Below are positions 23,757 to 36,706 of a stretch of 64,000 bases of DNA, in pieces; the stretch's first letter is position 1; the number at the start of each line of letters is the position of its first letter. The position numbers and the translations under genes are program-made. Source of the DNA: Callorhinchus milii (Eukaryota); contig NW_024704742.1 of NCBI RefSeq assembly GCF_018977255.1, forward strand, positions 66,032,001 to 66,096,000, read 5' to 3'. The notes below the pieces were generated by a model, which ran no database searches, was not told the DNA's origin, and was given only the letters and a program-made list of their open reading frames with translations.

Positions 23757-25959
23757 CCTCTCAGTCTATTTCATCTGGTGAATGTGTTGGATACATTAAA
23801 GTCGCTGATGTCTGTCTGATCAGGAATGCCCAACACATTCACTTCCATTATATGTAGGCAGAGCCTTAAAATCAGCTGAGACAACTAGGTTGGGAAACAT
23901 TTCTTCACACAGAGTGTTGTGAAGAGGTGGAACGTTCTGCCCTAGTAAGCTGTAGTAAGCCAGAAACAACACCGATGTTTAAGAGACAGATAGACAGATA
24001 TTTGGGTAGTATAGATATTAATGGTTTGATAAATAAGGACATTTCTCCTGACCAACAATCCCCCAGATAAAATCAATTATTAACTTCATGCCTGTTTGTG
24101 AGACATTTCGGTGTGCAAACTGGCTGCCATATTCACCTGCATTACAAAATACAGAATTGCTACGCTTCACAGTAAAGTCTTGTGAAGCACATTGAGATAT
24201 CACGACAATTTGATAAAGGGTTATATTAAATGCAAGGATTACGATTTTTTAGTATCATTATTACAAATAAGCAATAAGGATTCTCCTGTGACATACTGCA
24301 GTTGCTTTCGGGGTTCCTGTTTGTGTTCCGAATCTCTATTAATGAGTTCCATTGTGAAATGATGATATTTGGACTCTATTACTGAATTCAATAAACAGAC
24401 TGTGGGAGAGAAAGTGCGTGGTTCTAAGCATTTAAACCTATTTCAAGCACAACCGAAAGGCACAAGGAAGTAAGAGGGAAATTGATGCAGAATGCAGTCA
24501 GGTTGATTTATTTTAGTTAGAACCAATCCCTCATAATTGGTGTTTCAGTCATCGAGCATCACAGCTGGGCTATGTTTAATGTGGAAAATGTGGATTTGCT
24601 GCAATTACCATAAAGGCAGAGTTACTGCCAGGGGAAACATACTGCTACATGCAGTAAGCATGTGGGAACATTACCACACATGCAGCAAAGCTCTGTCAAA
24701 TGTCAAACTCCAGAGTGTATCAGTGAACCGCGTGTGTTTAGTTAGCTTCCTCACACTGTCATGCTCAGTCACTCTTTCAAGCCACTTCATAAGAACATCA
24801 GAGAGCATGCAACATGAAAAGACCACAAAGCCTGCTCTCTGCACTGATCCTGTGCAACGCATCCCATCATAGACTCAAACCCACTTCAACTCCTGAGGGA
24901 AAGTGCTGCATCACTTCTGTCTGACTGTCTACCGACGTTCTTTCCTAATGGCCATGCCTTCGCCGGAGTTAATGTCCACGGGGCTTATTTTCAATGTTGC
25001 CTTCTCCCACCGGTCACTCTTTTTTGTCTGAGACACGTGGGAACCCATCACCATACTTAAGAGTATCCAAACCACATTTCAACGCACCCCATCTACACAT
25101 GGAAATCCCAGAGACAGATTGTTGGAATGGAATGCGCACTAGTCACACAGTCACTGCAATTTACAATACATCTTGCGAAGTGTTTTGGAATTCCTCTTGT
25201 CATGAAAGGTACAAAAGCAAACATAAGGGTTATTATTACTAGTTATTATAATTAGGAGAGTCTGCATTTTGAGGTCACTTCAGCAGCAACTTTAAACAAG
25301 TTAACACCGAAGGTTGGAGCATTAAAGCACATAAGCGAAAGAGAGCACATAATAACAGAGACCTGATTTCCACACACTGGGAGATGCTTCAACACACGAG
25401 GAGATGGCTGACAGTGTCTGTGTTACATCTGCAAACGGGGTCCATGGCGCACTTCTTTGTGATTTATGTTATGTAAAACAATTTGAGATGTCCTCCTGAC
25501 ATGAATGGTGCTATAAATGTAAATTGCATTGTAATTGTATTGAATTGGACTGGCTCTGAGGAGGCAACCCAGTCAGGTTCACAGTAATCAGGACATTTCA
25601 ATGGAGACAAGTCTTCAAGCTAAAGCCCTGACAGGTAGAGTGAGCCAAGCTGGTCAAATAACCCTGATACCTGCCAGCATTCTGTACTGATAATATGTCA
25701 GCTTGACATTAGCATTGTCCCTGAAAGTTAACAACAATAAAGTCAACTGTCAACATTTAATACAAATACCACAAAGCTTCAAATTGATAGAATGAGGCAA
25801 CAGTGAGAAAGCCGTTCTTAAGCTGCCACCCTGAGTCTGTGCTTGTATTTGTGTCCGAGCAACTGCTGTTTTTAATGAATGATGTGTCACATTTTGTGCT
25901 GGAGCAGACGGCTTGGATCAAACCCAACGCAAGACGTTACACTCGTTACAATGTCTATT

Positions 25960-26341
25960 ATAATAATAATAATCTTTGCATTTGATGCAGCGCTTTATCA
26001 CATCTTCGAGACATCTCAAAGTGCTTCACCGAATATACCGTAAAGTGAACTGACTGTTTATTTTGTGGGCGAAACGCATCAGCCAATTGTGCACAGCAGT
26101 GTTCCACTAACAGTCATGGATTGAGTGACCAAATTATTATTATTATTTAATTTTATTTTTTGAAGGGATTATTACCCCGGAAAAGAATTCCACCCATTGA
26201 CCACAAACTTGGTTCCTACTTACTGCTAGGTAAACAGAGACGTGTGGAATAAGGAAACTTGTCAAACATTTTAACTTGCCGGGAATGAAACCCAGTTTCT
26301 CTTGTTTGCGAGATGAGTGCTTGAACCAATAAGTTACAGGA
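25960..26341 (-). mobile_element. SINE-A long form
   Basis: tail, CORE-like segment and decayed tRNA head. Confidence 0.88.
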
Positions 26342-26719
26342 TTTAACAATTACTACTCTACATTATCCCCAGTAAAGGTTCCCGATAAGCAACAGCAACA
26401 ACTTACATTTATGCAGCGTATTTTTTAAAAAATGCAAAGGGAAGCAAAAATAAAACACAGAACTGGGTCACCTTCGAATGACCACAGTATTAATGGTTGA
26501 GATTCATGACCAAGGGACATTTTGCTGGATTGGAGCTGCTTAAAGGATTTACTTGAATTTCATGTTTTAATTGCGACTTCTTTCTACTCTACTTCCTCAT
26601 AAAACATACCATATCAATTTACAGAGTTTCTAATGCTTTTTGAGACGTCTCAACAATGTGATAGGGCGCCATATAAAATGCAAGGACTATTATTATTATA
26701 TGTAATTTGAACAACAATA

Positions 26720-27050
26720 ACAATAATTACATTTCAAAGCATTTCCCAGCAGATACTGTAAAGTGTAGTGACTGTATATTATAGGCAAAGTCAGCAGCCA
26801 ATTTGCACATAGCAATGTTGCACAAACAGTTATGAGTGAATGACCAGTTTTACTTGAGGGATTATCAGACAGGACACCAAGAGAAATTAATTCCCTTCTC
26901 TTTTTATGTGGTGCCGCAAGATCTTTAACGTCGACTGGAAAAGATAGATGAGACCTTGGTTTTCCATCTCATCCGAAGGATGGCACCTCTGACAATGCCC
27001 AGTACCCGACATTACATTGGAGTATCAGCCTAGACTGTGAGTGCAAAGTT
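26720..27050 (-). mobile_element. SINE-B fragment
   Basis: CATCTCATCCGAAGGATGGCACCTCTGACA. Confidence 0.8.
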
Positions 27051-27125
27051 CTAAATTCCTTAGAAGTCGACAGATTCAGAGCAGAATTCCCTTGAGATCA
27101 CTGAGGAACAATACCACAATGGTCA

Positions 27126-27453
27126 TCGCAAGCGAGAGGACCCGGGTTCAATTCTTGGGCAGGGCGAAACCTTTGGCAAGTTTTCTTACTCCACACGCTT
27201 CAGTTTACCTCGCAGTAAGTAGGAACCTGGTTGTTAGCTGATTGGTGGATTGCTTTCTGGAAGTAATAATGACTTCAAAAAAAAATATGATCACTCAATA
27301 TGGTCACAGGACAGTGCTGTGCGCAATTCGCTACTGAGTTTTGCCGACAAAATACACAGTCAATCCACTTTACAATATATTCTGTGAAGCGCTTTGACAT
27401 ACCTCAATGATGTGATAAGGTGCTATATGAAATGCAAGGATTATTATTATTAT
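27126..27453 (+). mobile_element. SINE-A long form, head slightly truncated
   Basis: CGCAAGCGAGAGGACCCGGGTTCAATTC; CAGTTTACCTCGCAGTAAGTAGGAACC; (TTA)n. Confidence 0.9.
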
Positions 27454-27904
27454 TGCACAAAAGGTTTGCATAGGCCTTGCTGGCCTCTGACATGCCACAT
27501 TAAAGAATGGGGAGGCAGTATTACCCTTACAAATACATCCCATTATAAGAGCTATGAAGACAGCATTCTGCTGCTGGCTATTAGCATGACTGACGTGGGG
27601 TTGATTCCCGTGGAGTCTGTCATTGAGTAGAAAGCTCCCCTTTCTTGGCAGTGGTTACAGGGATGTCCCTGCTCTGTGTGAGCGCTCATTGTTTTGATGA
27701 CAGACTGGCACATCTTGTGGAGAGGTTGTTGAATGTTGAGCAGCTGGATATTGATTTTTTGCTGCTGTCTAGCCACTCACTGACACGATTGGATTCCAGC
27801 AGTGATGGGCATGTGTGGCAGGCTGGTTGGTTCATGGTCAGAAGCTTGTGAAAGATACTCAGAATTCAGCTCAGAGAAGTTATGAGAGAACCATTTCAAT
27901 TGAG

Positions 27905-28085
27905 CTGTCGATTTGCTCGGTTACTTCAGCTGGACTCCTCACCGGTCTCCCCAGCTCCACTACCCACAAACTACAGCTGGGTCAGAACTCCGCCACCCAT
28001 ATTCTCTCCCACAGTAAGTTCCACACCCCCATCACACCAATCCCCGCGAGGCATCACTGGATCAAATGCAAGTTGTTGGTTTTGC
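27905..28085 (+). mobile_element. L2 ORF2 fragment
   Basis: LLTGLPSSTTHKLQLGQNSATHIL...PITPI matches the 31351-32040 peptide. Confidence 0.8.
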
Positions 28086-28116
28086 TTTTTTTTTACTGTA
28101 ATTTGCTTGTTTATTA

Positions 28117-28588
28117 AATAATAATAATCCTTGCACTTGATCCAACGTCTTTTACGTTGGGAAGATGTTTCAAAGCGCTTCACAGGATGCACTGTGTATA
28201 ATTTACATTTAGTACTAATGGAATGCGGACTGCGTGGTTTGTGGGCTAACACGGCAGCTAAGTTGCGCACAGTAATATCTCCCCAACAGCTATCAAGTGA
28301 ACAATCTATTTTATTGGGACGATTGTTGGCCAGGTCATTGGACGAAACTCCCTTTTTTTTTGAATAGTGCCATGGGAATTTTAACGTCCACCTGAACAGG
28401 CAGATGGGACCTCGGTTTAACATCTCATCTGAAGGATGGCACATCCAACAATGCAAGCCACTTTCAGCACTGTATTGGAGCATCAGCCTAGACTGAGCGA
28501 GTTCCAAGTCTCAACATGGGTCTTAGAACCCACAACTTTCTGACTCAGAGGCAAGAGTGAGCACACTACCAACTGAGCCAGGCTGATA
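28117..28588 (-). mobile_element. SINE-B, near full length
   Basis: head ACTACCAACTGAGCCAGGCTGA, Deu-like block, tail. Confidence 0.92.
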
Positions 28589-29074
28589 TCTAGATCTTTA
28601 AATCTTCAGCAAAACAGCTTTATAACAGGCATACAGGTCGCTTCTTATTAGATAGTGATGTAGGGCCTAAATACATAGGGTGGAGGCATGATTTTGTGTA
28701 CATAAAAGGGGCACAATAGCAGATTGCAGACAGAGACTGTTACAAGGTTCATGAGGACACGTGACATGCAGTGCAGAAGGGTTTTAAAGGATTGGTTGGA
28801 AACAATTTAAAGGCAAATAAAATGTTTAATATGTTCAGAATATTTGCATTTGATAGTGTGCTTTGTCAGAAAGACATCTCAAAGCACGATCAATGTGTTA
28901 TAAAAAGAAAAATGAACTTTGCTTTGTGCTCGTGTCAACATTTGATGATGTTGAACTCCCGCAGAAGATATATCAGCATCATTACAGTTTAGTAGTGGAA
29001 CTGGCTATGACATTAGTGATCAGCTGTTGTTTGCGATGCTGCTGTAAGTGATGAGCGATCCATGCCAGCGGCAG

Positions 29075-29318
29075 ACCAGGAAACCGGGCTCTCTCCTCCC
29101 TCCCTCGTCTGTTTGGAACATTCTCCCTCAATCCCTCCGCCTTGCCCCCCCTCTCCCCTTTGTCGAGTCCCACCTGAAAAACTTCCTCTTCAACCGTGCT
29201 TACAAAACCTCCACCCACCCACCCCTCCCCCAGCTCAGAGTCAGGCTCCACCACTGTTAAGCATTCTGAGATACTGCCCTGCGTGGAGGGCACTATATAA
29301 GTGTGAGTTGTTGTTGTT
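29075..29318 (+). mobile_element. L2 3' fragment
   Basis: VWNILPQSLRLAP...HLKNFLFNRAY; (GTT)n. Confidence 0.85.
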
Positions 29319-29414
29319 TGAAGTCACACATTAGTCACCAACTGGTAACTATCCTCCTTGGGGGATTAGCGGGGTCTCCTTGGAGCTGAACTGGCTCCAA
29401 TTGGTGAAGCAGGC

Positions 29415-30005
29415 AACAACAACAACAAATTACTTTTGTATAGCGCCTTTCACGTTGGTAGGATGTCCCAAGGCACTAAGGGCAGAGCGGGGTATGTGGA
29501 GCGGACCAGAGCCGGCTGATCACAGGGAGCGGACAGTATGGCGTTAGCAGGTCACAGAGATAGGAAGGAGCAAGGCTGTGGAGGGCTTTGAAGGCAAGGA
29601 TGAGGATTTTGATCTTGACCCTCTGGGGGATGGGGACCCAGTAGAACTGGGCAAGAACCGGGGTGACGAGCTCACAGAACCTTATGAGGGAGACAACATA
29701 CTCTGTAGTTTGTGGAGGGAAGAGTTAGGAAATCTGACAAGCAGAGAGTTAACATAATTGGGTCTGGGTGTGATAAATGCATGGATGAGGTTTCAGCAGA
29801 CTGAGGGGTAGAGTTGGGCAGAGTGGCAGAGCTGGGCAATGTTGCAGATGTAGGGGATGGCAGAACGGGTCATAGCACGGATGTGGGACAAGACACCATG
29901 GTACCAGACTGGCTCAGTGAGGTGGAGTATACATCCATGGATGGTGATGCTGTCAGTGCCTGAGGTGTGGAGGTGCAGATGGGAGCCAAGCAGGGAAGCG
30001 TCCCA
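29415..30005 (-). mobile_element. L2 3' portion with internal deletions
   Basis: (CAA)n tail; SHIRAMTRSA...NIAQL peptide. Confidence 0.85.
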
Positions 30006-31011
30006 GATATATATGAGAGCCATTCATATAATATATATATTATATATATAGATCTTAATTTGGAAGCCTGTTTTTTTTCAGAATTTGCATAATACCATCT
30101 TCCCAGTTCAACAAGGATTTATATAGTGCCTTTCTGTGGGGTGGTGTCTCAGAGCACTGAACAATAGAATAGTTTGACACTGAGCTGAGGAGGTGACCAT
30201 AGGCATGATCGAAGAGGAAAGTCTTCAGTTCCAATCTGAAGATTGACAAAAATGGGGCAGGGCAGAAGGATTCAGGCAAGGATTTCCAGAGGTAAATTCA
30301 GATGTAAGGGTTTTCCACTATCCTGTGTCATCCAAAATGTTAACACAATAAGGACTCACAGGTTCAGAATTTCAGGCCTTTTGCTGTCTTTAATTCTTTG
30401 GTTGCCAGCCTGGTTCAGTGGCTGTGTGCAATTCTGCTGTCTACAAATACACAGACACTCACAGTTATTTCTCTGAAGTGCTTCGAGACATCTTTCTGAT
30501 GTGATGAAGCATAATACCAAATGCAACGTTTCATATTATATTATTATTTATTTATCTGGTTCACTCCGAGATGGCACCTCATGTGAAGGGTACCGTATAA
30601 ATGCAAGTTGTTGTTGTTAGTCTACAAACACGGACCCTCTACAAACGGGGACCACAGGATTTACTGTGGAGTGACTGTGTATTTATGAGCAAACATGGCA
30701 GCCAGTTTACACGCACAACAATGTCCTAAAAACAGCCATAACAATATATATAATTGTTGCATTTGATATAACGCCTTATCATCATGCCATTGAGACGTCT
30801 CAATGCGCTTTACGGGATATACTGTAAAATGGATTGATTGTGTATTTTGCCGTGAAGTGAATGACCAAATTTTGTGAATGACTGTGCATTTTGTAGACAA
30901 ATACTGCTCCCACTGCACAACACTGAAGTGTGAGCTTGGATTGTGAGTTCCACACAGGGATTGAACCACAACCTTCCGACTGAGAGGCGAGAGTGCTTCC
31001 AGCCTCCACAC

Positions 31012-32087
31012 CATCTCGTGCGGTGTTCCTCAGGGCTCTGTCCTCTCTCCTCTTCACCCTCTACATCCTCCTCTTTGTTGAAATCATCTGCAGACATTTC
31101 CACATGTATGCGGATGACACCCAACTCTACCTCTCTGCCTCCATCCTGAACTCCAGGACTACGGCATTCTGACCGACTGCCTGTCTGACATCAAATCCTG
31201 GATGAGGAACAACTTTCTCCAACTCAACGTCAGAAGACTGAGGCCCTCCTGGTTGGATCGCGCCAGCGCCTCCGCACCTTAGGCCCTGGCAGCATCAGCT
31301 TCCACGGCTGCACACTCAACCTCACTAAGCCAGTCAGGAACCTGGGTGTCTTGTTTGACCCTGAACTGTCCTTTCTCCCCCACATCCGGGCCATGACCGA
31401 CACTGCCTACCACCACCTCCGCAACATTGCCAGACTCCGTCACTGCCTCACCTCTCAGGTTCCCGAAACCCTCACCCACGCATTTGTCACATCGAGGCTC
31501 GATTGCGGGAACTCCCTCCTCATCGGCCTTCCCAACTCTTCCCTTCACAAGTTGCAGATCATCCAAAACTCTGCAGCTCGTGTACTCTTGCGCACCAGGC
31601 CCCGTGACCCCATCACTCCCACCCTCGCCCGACTCCACTGGTTCCCCATCCCCCAGAGGATCGAGTTCAAGATCCTCGTTCTCACCTTTAAGGCCATCCA
31701 TGGCCTTGCCCCCTCCTACCTCTCTGACCTGCTGACTCCCTACCAACCTGCCCGCTACCTCCGTTCATCGGGCTCCGGCCTGCTCCATGTCTCCCGCCCG
31801 ACCCGCCCTACCATCAGTTGCCGGGCTTTAGCCTCTCTGCCCTCACACTCTGGAACTCCATCCTACAGTCCCTTCGCCTCGCTTCCTCCCTTCAAGGCCG
31901 GTCTCAAGACCCTTATCTTCAATCGTGCCTTTGGTCTCTCTCCCACCTCTCTGGCTTCCCTCACCCCTACACCACCCCTCCCCCATGCTCAGGCCCCGAC
32001 ACCTGACTGTTCAGCGCTTTGGGACGTCCTCCCAACGTGAAAGGCGCTCTATAAATGTAATTTTGTTGTTATTATTGTTGTTGTTGT
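31012..32087 (+). mobile_element. L2 LINE, ~1.1 kb 5'-truncated ORF2 (RT C-terminal part)
   Basis: GVPQGSVLSP at ~31022, YADDTQLY at 31107, 229-aa ORF 31351-32040 (HAFVTSRLD, LQIIQNSAAR, LHWFPIPQRIEFKIL); stem-loop tail and (TTG)n. Confidence 0.96.
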
Positions 32088-32562
32088 ATCAGCTGAGCCA
32101 GGCTGACACATTGTAGAGCATAGGAGTTGTGGGAGTGAAAGAAACTGACAGCTGTCTATTCTAAAAAACAGTGTCCAGGTTTATTGTTCTCACCCAGACC
32201 ATCCTGTAATGTGCCCATTATTTGTTAAATATCAAAAATCCTTCAGCTAAGCAGGCTGGTAATACTACAGAGGTAACTGGGGATATTTATGGTCCAGGTC
32301 ATACTGGAAATTAGTCACTTAAGAATTGGCCCTAAAATGAATCAAGAAATCCATTCATTTGATACAGCGACTTTTACATGAAAAGACGTCTCAAAACACT
32401 TTACAGGACATGCTGAAAAGTGTAGTGACTGTGTATATTTTATAGGTCAACCCGGCAGCCAACATTGAGCACAGCGATGTCCCACAAACAACCGTGAAGT
32501 GAATGACAATTTTATTTACAGGATTGAGGTTCAGGGCATCGAGAGAAACTCCCTTCTCTTTT

Positions 32563-33536
32563 AACATAACATAACATGTAGGAGCAGGAGTAGACCATTC
32601 GGCCCTTCGAGCCTGTCCCCCCATTCAATCATGGCTGATCTTCTAATCTAACTCCAGCTAATAACCTGACCCTGCCTTATCCCCATATCCCTTAATCCCT
32701 TTTGCAATAAGAAATCTATCTATCTCAGTCTTGAATATGTTCAAGGACTGAGCATCAACAGCCCTTTGGGGTAATGAGTTCCATACACTCACCACCCTTT
32801 GAGTGAAGAAGTTCTTCCTCAACTCAATGCGAAAGGGCTGCCTCTGATTTTAAGGTTGTGACCCCTGGTTTTAGTTCCTCCAACCAGGGGAAACAATCTC
32901 CCACTATCTACTCTATCATGCCTTTGATGATCTTATAGGTTTCTATAAGATCTCCTCTAATTCTTCTATATTCTAGAGAATATAGGCCCAAATTGGTCAG
33001 CCTATCCTCGTAACTCATCCCCTTCATCCCTGGCACTAACCGAGTAAATCTACGCTGCACCCCCTCCAAGGCAAGTACATCCTTCCTTAAATAAGGAGAC
33101 CAAAAATGCACACAGTATTGCAGGTGTGGTCTGACCAGGGCCCTATACAGTTGCAGTAAGACTTCCCTACTCTTATACTCTAATCCTTTCATAATGAATG
33201 CTCACATACCGTTCGCCTTCCTAATTGCTGCTGCACCCGCAGACTAACTTTCTGTGATTGGTGTACAAGGACACCCGAGTCCCTCCGGACGCTAACACAT
33301 TCCAATCTCTCCCCTTCTAAAAAATAACCCGCTCTACTGTTTTTGCTACCAGGTGGATGACTTCGCACTTCCCTGCATTATACTTCATCTGTCACCTACC
33401 TGCCCAATCATCTAACCTATCTATATCTCGCTGCATTTTTTTAATGTCATCCTCTGTATTGACACTTCCTCCTAGTTTTGTGTCATCCACGAATTTAGAT
33501 ATATTAACTTTGATGTCCTCATCTAGATCGTTGATA
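32563..33536 (-). mobile_element. CR1 LINE 3' portion
   Basis: ORF 32908-33192 (LYRALVRPHLQYCVHFWSPYLRKD...RRIRGDLIETYKI); AACATAACATAACAT tail. Confidence 0.96.
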
Positions 33537-33889
33537 GTTTTCAAGTCGTGCTACTCCTTTAACGTCCGCAGGTAGACAGGATCTCAGTTTAATTTCTCAT
33601 CTGATGGATGGCATCTCTGATAATGCAACACTGCATTGGAGATCAGCCTAGACTACGTGAGAGCAAAGTTCTGGCTCTGAGGCGAGAGTGCTACAAAATG
33701 AGCCAATTTAGTAAGCCCTACTAAATAGATTAGCATGATTAATTCACAGATAATTACGTAGAATGCTACAGCACCGGAAGAGGCCATTCGGCCCAACTAG
33801 ACCATGCCGGTGATTATTTCTAAAGTGTTCAACTGAATGAGACTCACAGATTTTGTTTTGAACAGCATTAAGGGGCAATGTGTGGAAGT

Positions 33890-34172
33890 CAACAACAACA
33901 ACAAATTGCATTTATAATGTGCCTTTCATGTCAGGACAATGAGGGGTTTACACCCGAGCAACGGGTTGGAATCAGAGATGGGTGGAGGGCAAAGAGGGTG
34001 AAGGTGACCGAAGATATGGTCAAAAAGGAGAGTCTTGAGATGGGCCTTGAAGGAGGCAAATGAGGGGGCGAGGCGGAGGGGCTCTGGAATGGGTGGGGCC
34101 AGGAAGGCTGAAGGCCCGATTACCGATAGTGGAGTAGGCACCGTCAGGAACATGGAGCAGGCCAGTGCCTGC
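33890..34172 (-). mobile_element. L2 3' fragment
   Basis: ASFKAHLKTLLFD peptide; (CAA)n. Confidence 0.88.
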
Positions 34173-34659
34173 AAAATGGAAAGAGCAGATAGATTGGTGA
34201 AGTTTTAATAGGTCAAACTGAAGGGACCATATCAATATCTTTTATTGCAATATCTGTTACTGTGAATTCATCATTTGCCTCCCATCAGGACGAACAGATA
34301 GACAGAGTGAGAGTTCAGGCTTTGGGCAGCACTAGTGCTGTGTAATCTATACCTTTGGTGCATCAGACACAGACCATTTTGCAGCTATCAAATTCTTAGG
34401 TTCAGAAACATTAAGCAATAAAAAATAATCAACGCAATAAATCTACTGAGATCTCAGGGATTATTTATTATTCACTGGAAGCACTAAAATGAAACTTGAT
34501 TTCAGGAATGCTTCAGCTGTCACTCATGTATCTTTAAAAGGATACTGCTGTGAAAAAGTGTTTGATAGAATCTTTATTAATATCAGTTCAACTTGGTCCA
34601 TTAGGCACTGATCCCTAAAAAACAGTGATTCTTTTCTTACATGCTTTTCCCTTTATAAA

Positions 34660-35010
34660 CTAATCATAATAATAATACTTGCATTTGATATAGAACCTTA
34701 TCACATTATTGAAACGTCTGAAGAGCTTCATGGAATATACTGTAAAGTGAATTGACTGTATATTTTGTGGGCAAAACGCGGCAGCCAATTGCGCACAGAA
34801 GTGTCCACAAACAGTCGTGGATTGAATGACCAAATCTTTTTTTGAAGGGATTATTAACCTTAGAAATTGATCCACCAATTGACTAAACAACCAGATTAGT
34901 ACTTACTGCAAGGTAAGTAGAGGCGTGTGGTGTAAGGAAACTTTTTCCCGACCAGGAATCGAACCGGGTCCTCTGGCTTGCAAGGAGAGTGTTCTAACCA
35001 AGGTGCTACA
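34660..35010 (-). mobile_element. SINE-A long form
   Basis: tail, CORE-like segment, GGAATCGAACC B box. Confidence 0.88.
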
Positions 35011-36409
35011 TGAATCACTTTGTCGAGATGAGAAGACAAGTTAGAAGCATCTTATCGAGGTGTACAAAATTTTAAATAGGATTGAAAAAACAAACCCAGA
35101 TTAATACTTAAGGATGTATCCTGACAGTAGAACAAGAGGACATTTGTCTAGAGTTGTAAAGAGCAATTTCAGGACAGACGCCATTGAGACGCCTCAAAGC
35201 GCTTCACAGAATACACTTTGAAGTGAATTGACTGTATATTTTGTAGGTGAAACGCGGCAGCCAATTGCGCACAGCAGTGTTCCACAAGCAATCAAGGATT
35301 GAGTGACCACATTATTTCAATGCAATGTAAAATGTATTGGAGTACCAGCTCAGACTGTGGATTCAAAGTCCCGAGTCCCAGTTCCAAACTATAATGGAAT
35401 TGCATTGCAGTATCAGTTTGGTCTGTGTACTCAAGGTGCTGACGTGGGGCTTCAATCTTCTGACCCAGAGCAGAGGCAAAAGGGCTGCTGGCAGAGCTAG
35501 GTTTGACCTTGAAGCAGGTTTTCAGAAGTTCTTCAAAATTGAGACTGTATTTAAGAATATTTGCAAATTCCAGACTCTCTCAAATGTAAAACATTGAGTA
35601 AATCGACTGAGTAAATTAGTGTCTTGGGATGTCCTTCTGATGGAAAAGACACTCTATAAATGTAAATTCCTAATGTTTTGTAAAGCTAACACACCAGGTG
35701 GATGTTCTATTTTGATATAATGCAGAACAGCTCAATATCAGCGTAGATGATTTTTACAACATAAAAGACAGGTCAGGAGACAACAGACTGGAAACAGAGG
35801 TAAGATTTTTTCACTTCCTATTGCACATGAGAACCAATTGTAAATTATTTCCCTGGGTAATGTGACTCCTGACCAAATGACCCCCCCAACCCCAGCCCAC
35901 TCCACCCCATCCCCCATTGCCGCACTCTTCCATCCCACTGCTCAGGTTATTAAAGATAAACAAGTACCTTCATTACTGAGACAGCATGGGCCAGATTTCC
36001 TTCTCTCTCATCTCTTTGCTGTAATAAAAAAAATCCATAGCATTCCAGGTATGTGCACAGAGAGAATAATACATGGTGCGGCATGTTGTCTGTGTAACAC
36101 TCTCGTCTGGGTGAACTCATATTTTTAAAGAGTCTTATTTAGGCATAGTTTTGTGATGATTTTTATGTGAACTCTCAAATTCGCCCACAAAATACACAGT
36201 CACTCCACTTTACAGTATAGCCTGTGAAGCACTTTTAGACGTCTCAATGACGTGGTAAGGCTCTATATCAAACGAAAGGTTTATTATTATCATTAAAGAT
36301 ACAGTGAACCCACTGTCTCCTCTGCTCCCATTTTCTATTGAAGACAATATTGGAGACATTTCGGAGAGGACTTTATTACTGAGGTGTGAAGGCTTTAAAT
36401 GGGAAGTTA

Positions 36410-36706
36410 GAAAGTAAACCCAGAACAATGCTTTTTGATGACATAGGAGAAGAGGAAGACACAGGTTTAGCATTGCAAAGGCAATTTCAGGACTGACACC
36501 AGGAAGTTTTTCTTTATCCAGAAGGTAATTAATGACTGGAGCAGGGTTGCCAGGAAGGATGGATGAGATAGGATTCTTTAAAAAATCATTTAAAAACAGC
36601 TTGACAACATGATCGGGGGACAGTAGAGTGGGTGTTCTGGAGGGGTAAGAACAAATGAGTCGAAGGGCCTTCTTGTTGCTTTGAAACCAATCTTGTGATC
36701 TTGTGA
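36410..36706 (+). mobile_element. CR1 3' fragment, (ATCTTGTG)n tail
   Basis: AGAGGAAGACACAGGTTTAG...TTTCAGGACTGACACCAGGAAG; tail CCAATCTTGTGATCTTGTGA. Confidence 0.78.

Noticed and set aside
27971..28507. 178-aa ORF
   Set aside because: Reads through a SINE-B and an L2 fragment; similar peptides (IKCKDYYY) recur at many SINE tails
31279..31746. 155-aa minus-strand ORF
   Set aside because: Antisense shadow of L2 ORF2
35726..35799. 74-bp open coding exon candidate (QLNISVDDFYNIKDRSGDNRLETE, AG|GTAAGA donor)
   Set aside because: Weak acceptor, unrecognised peptide, no compatible neighbouring exons
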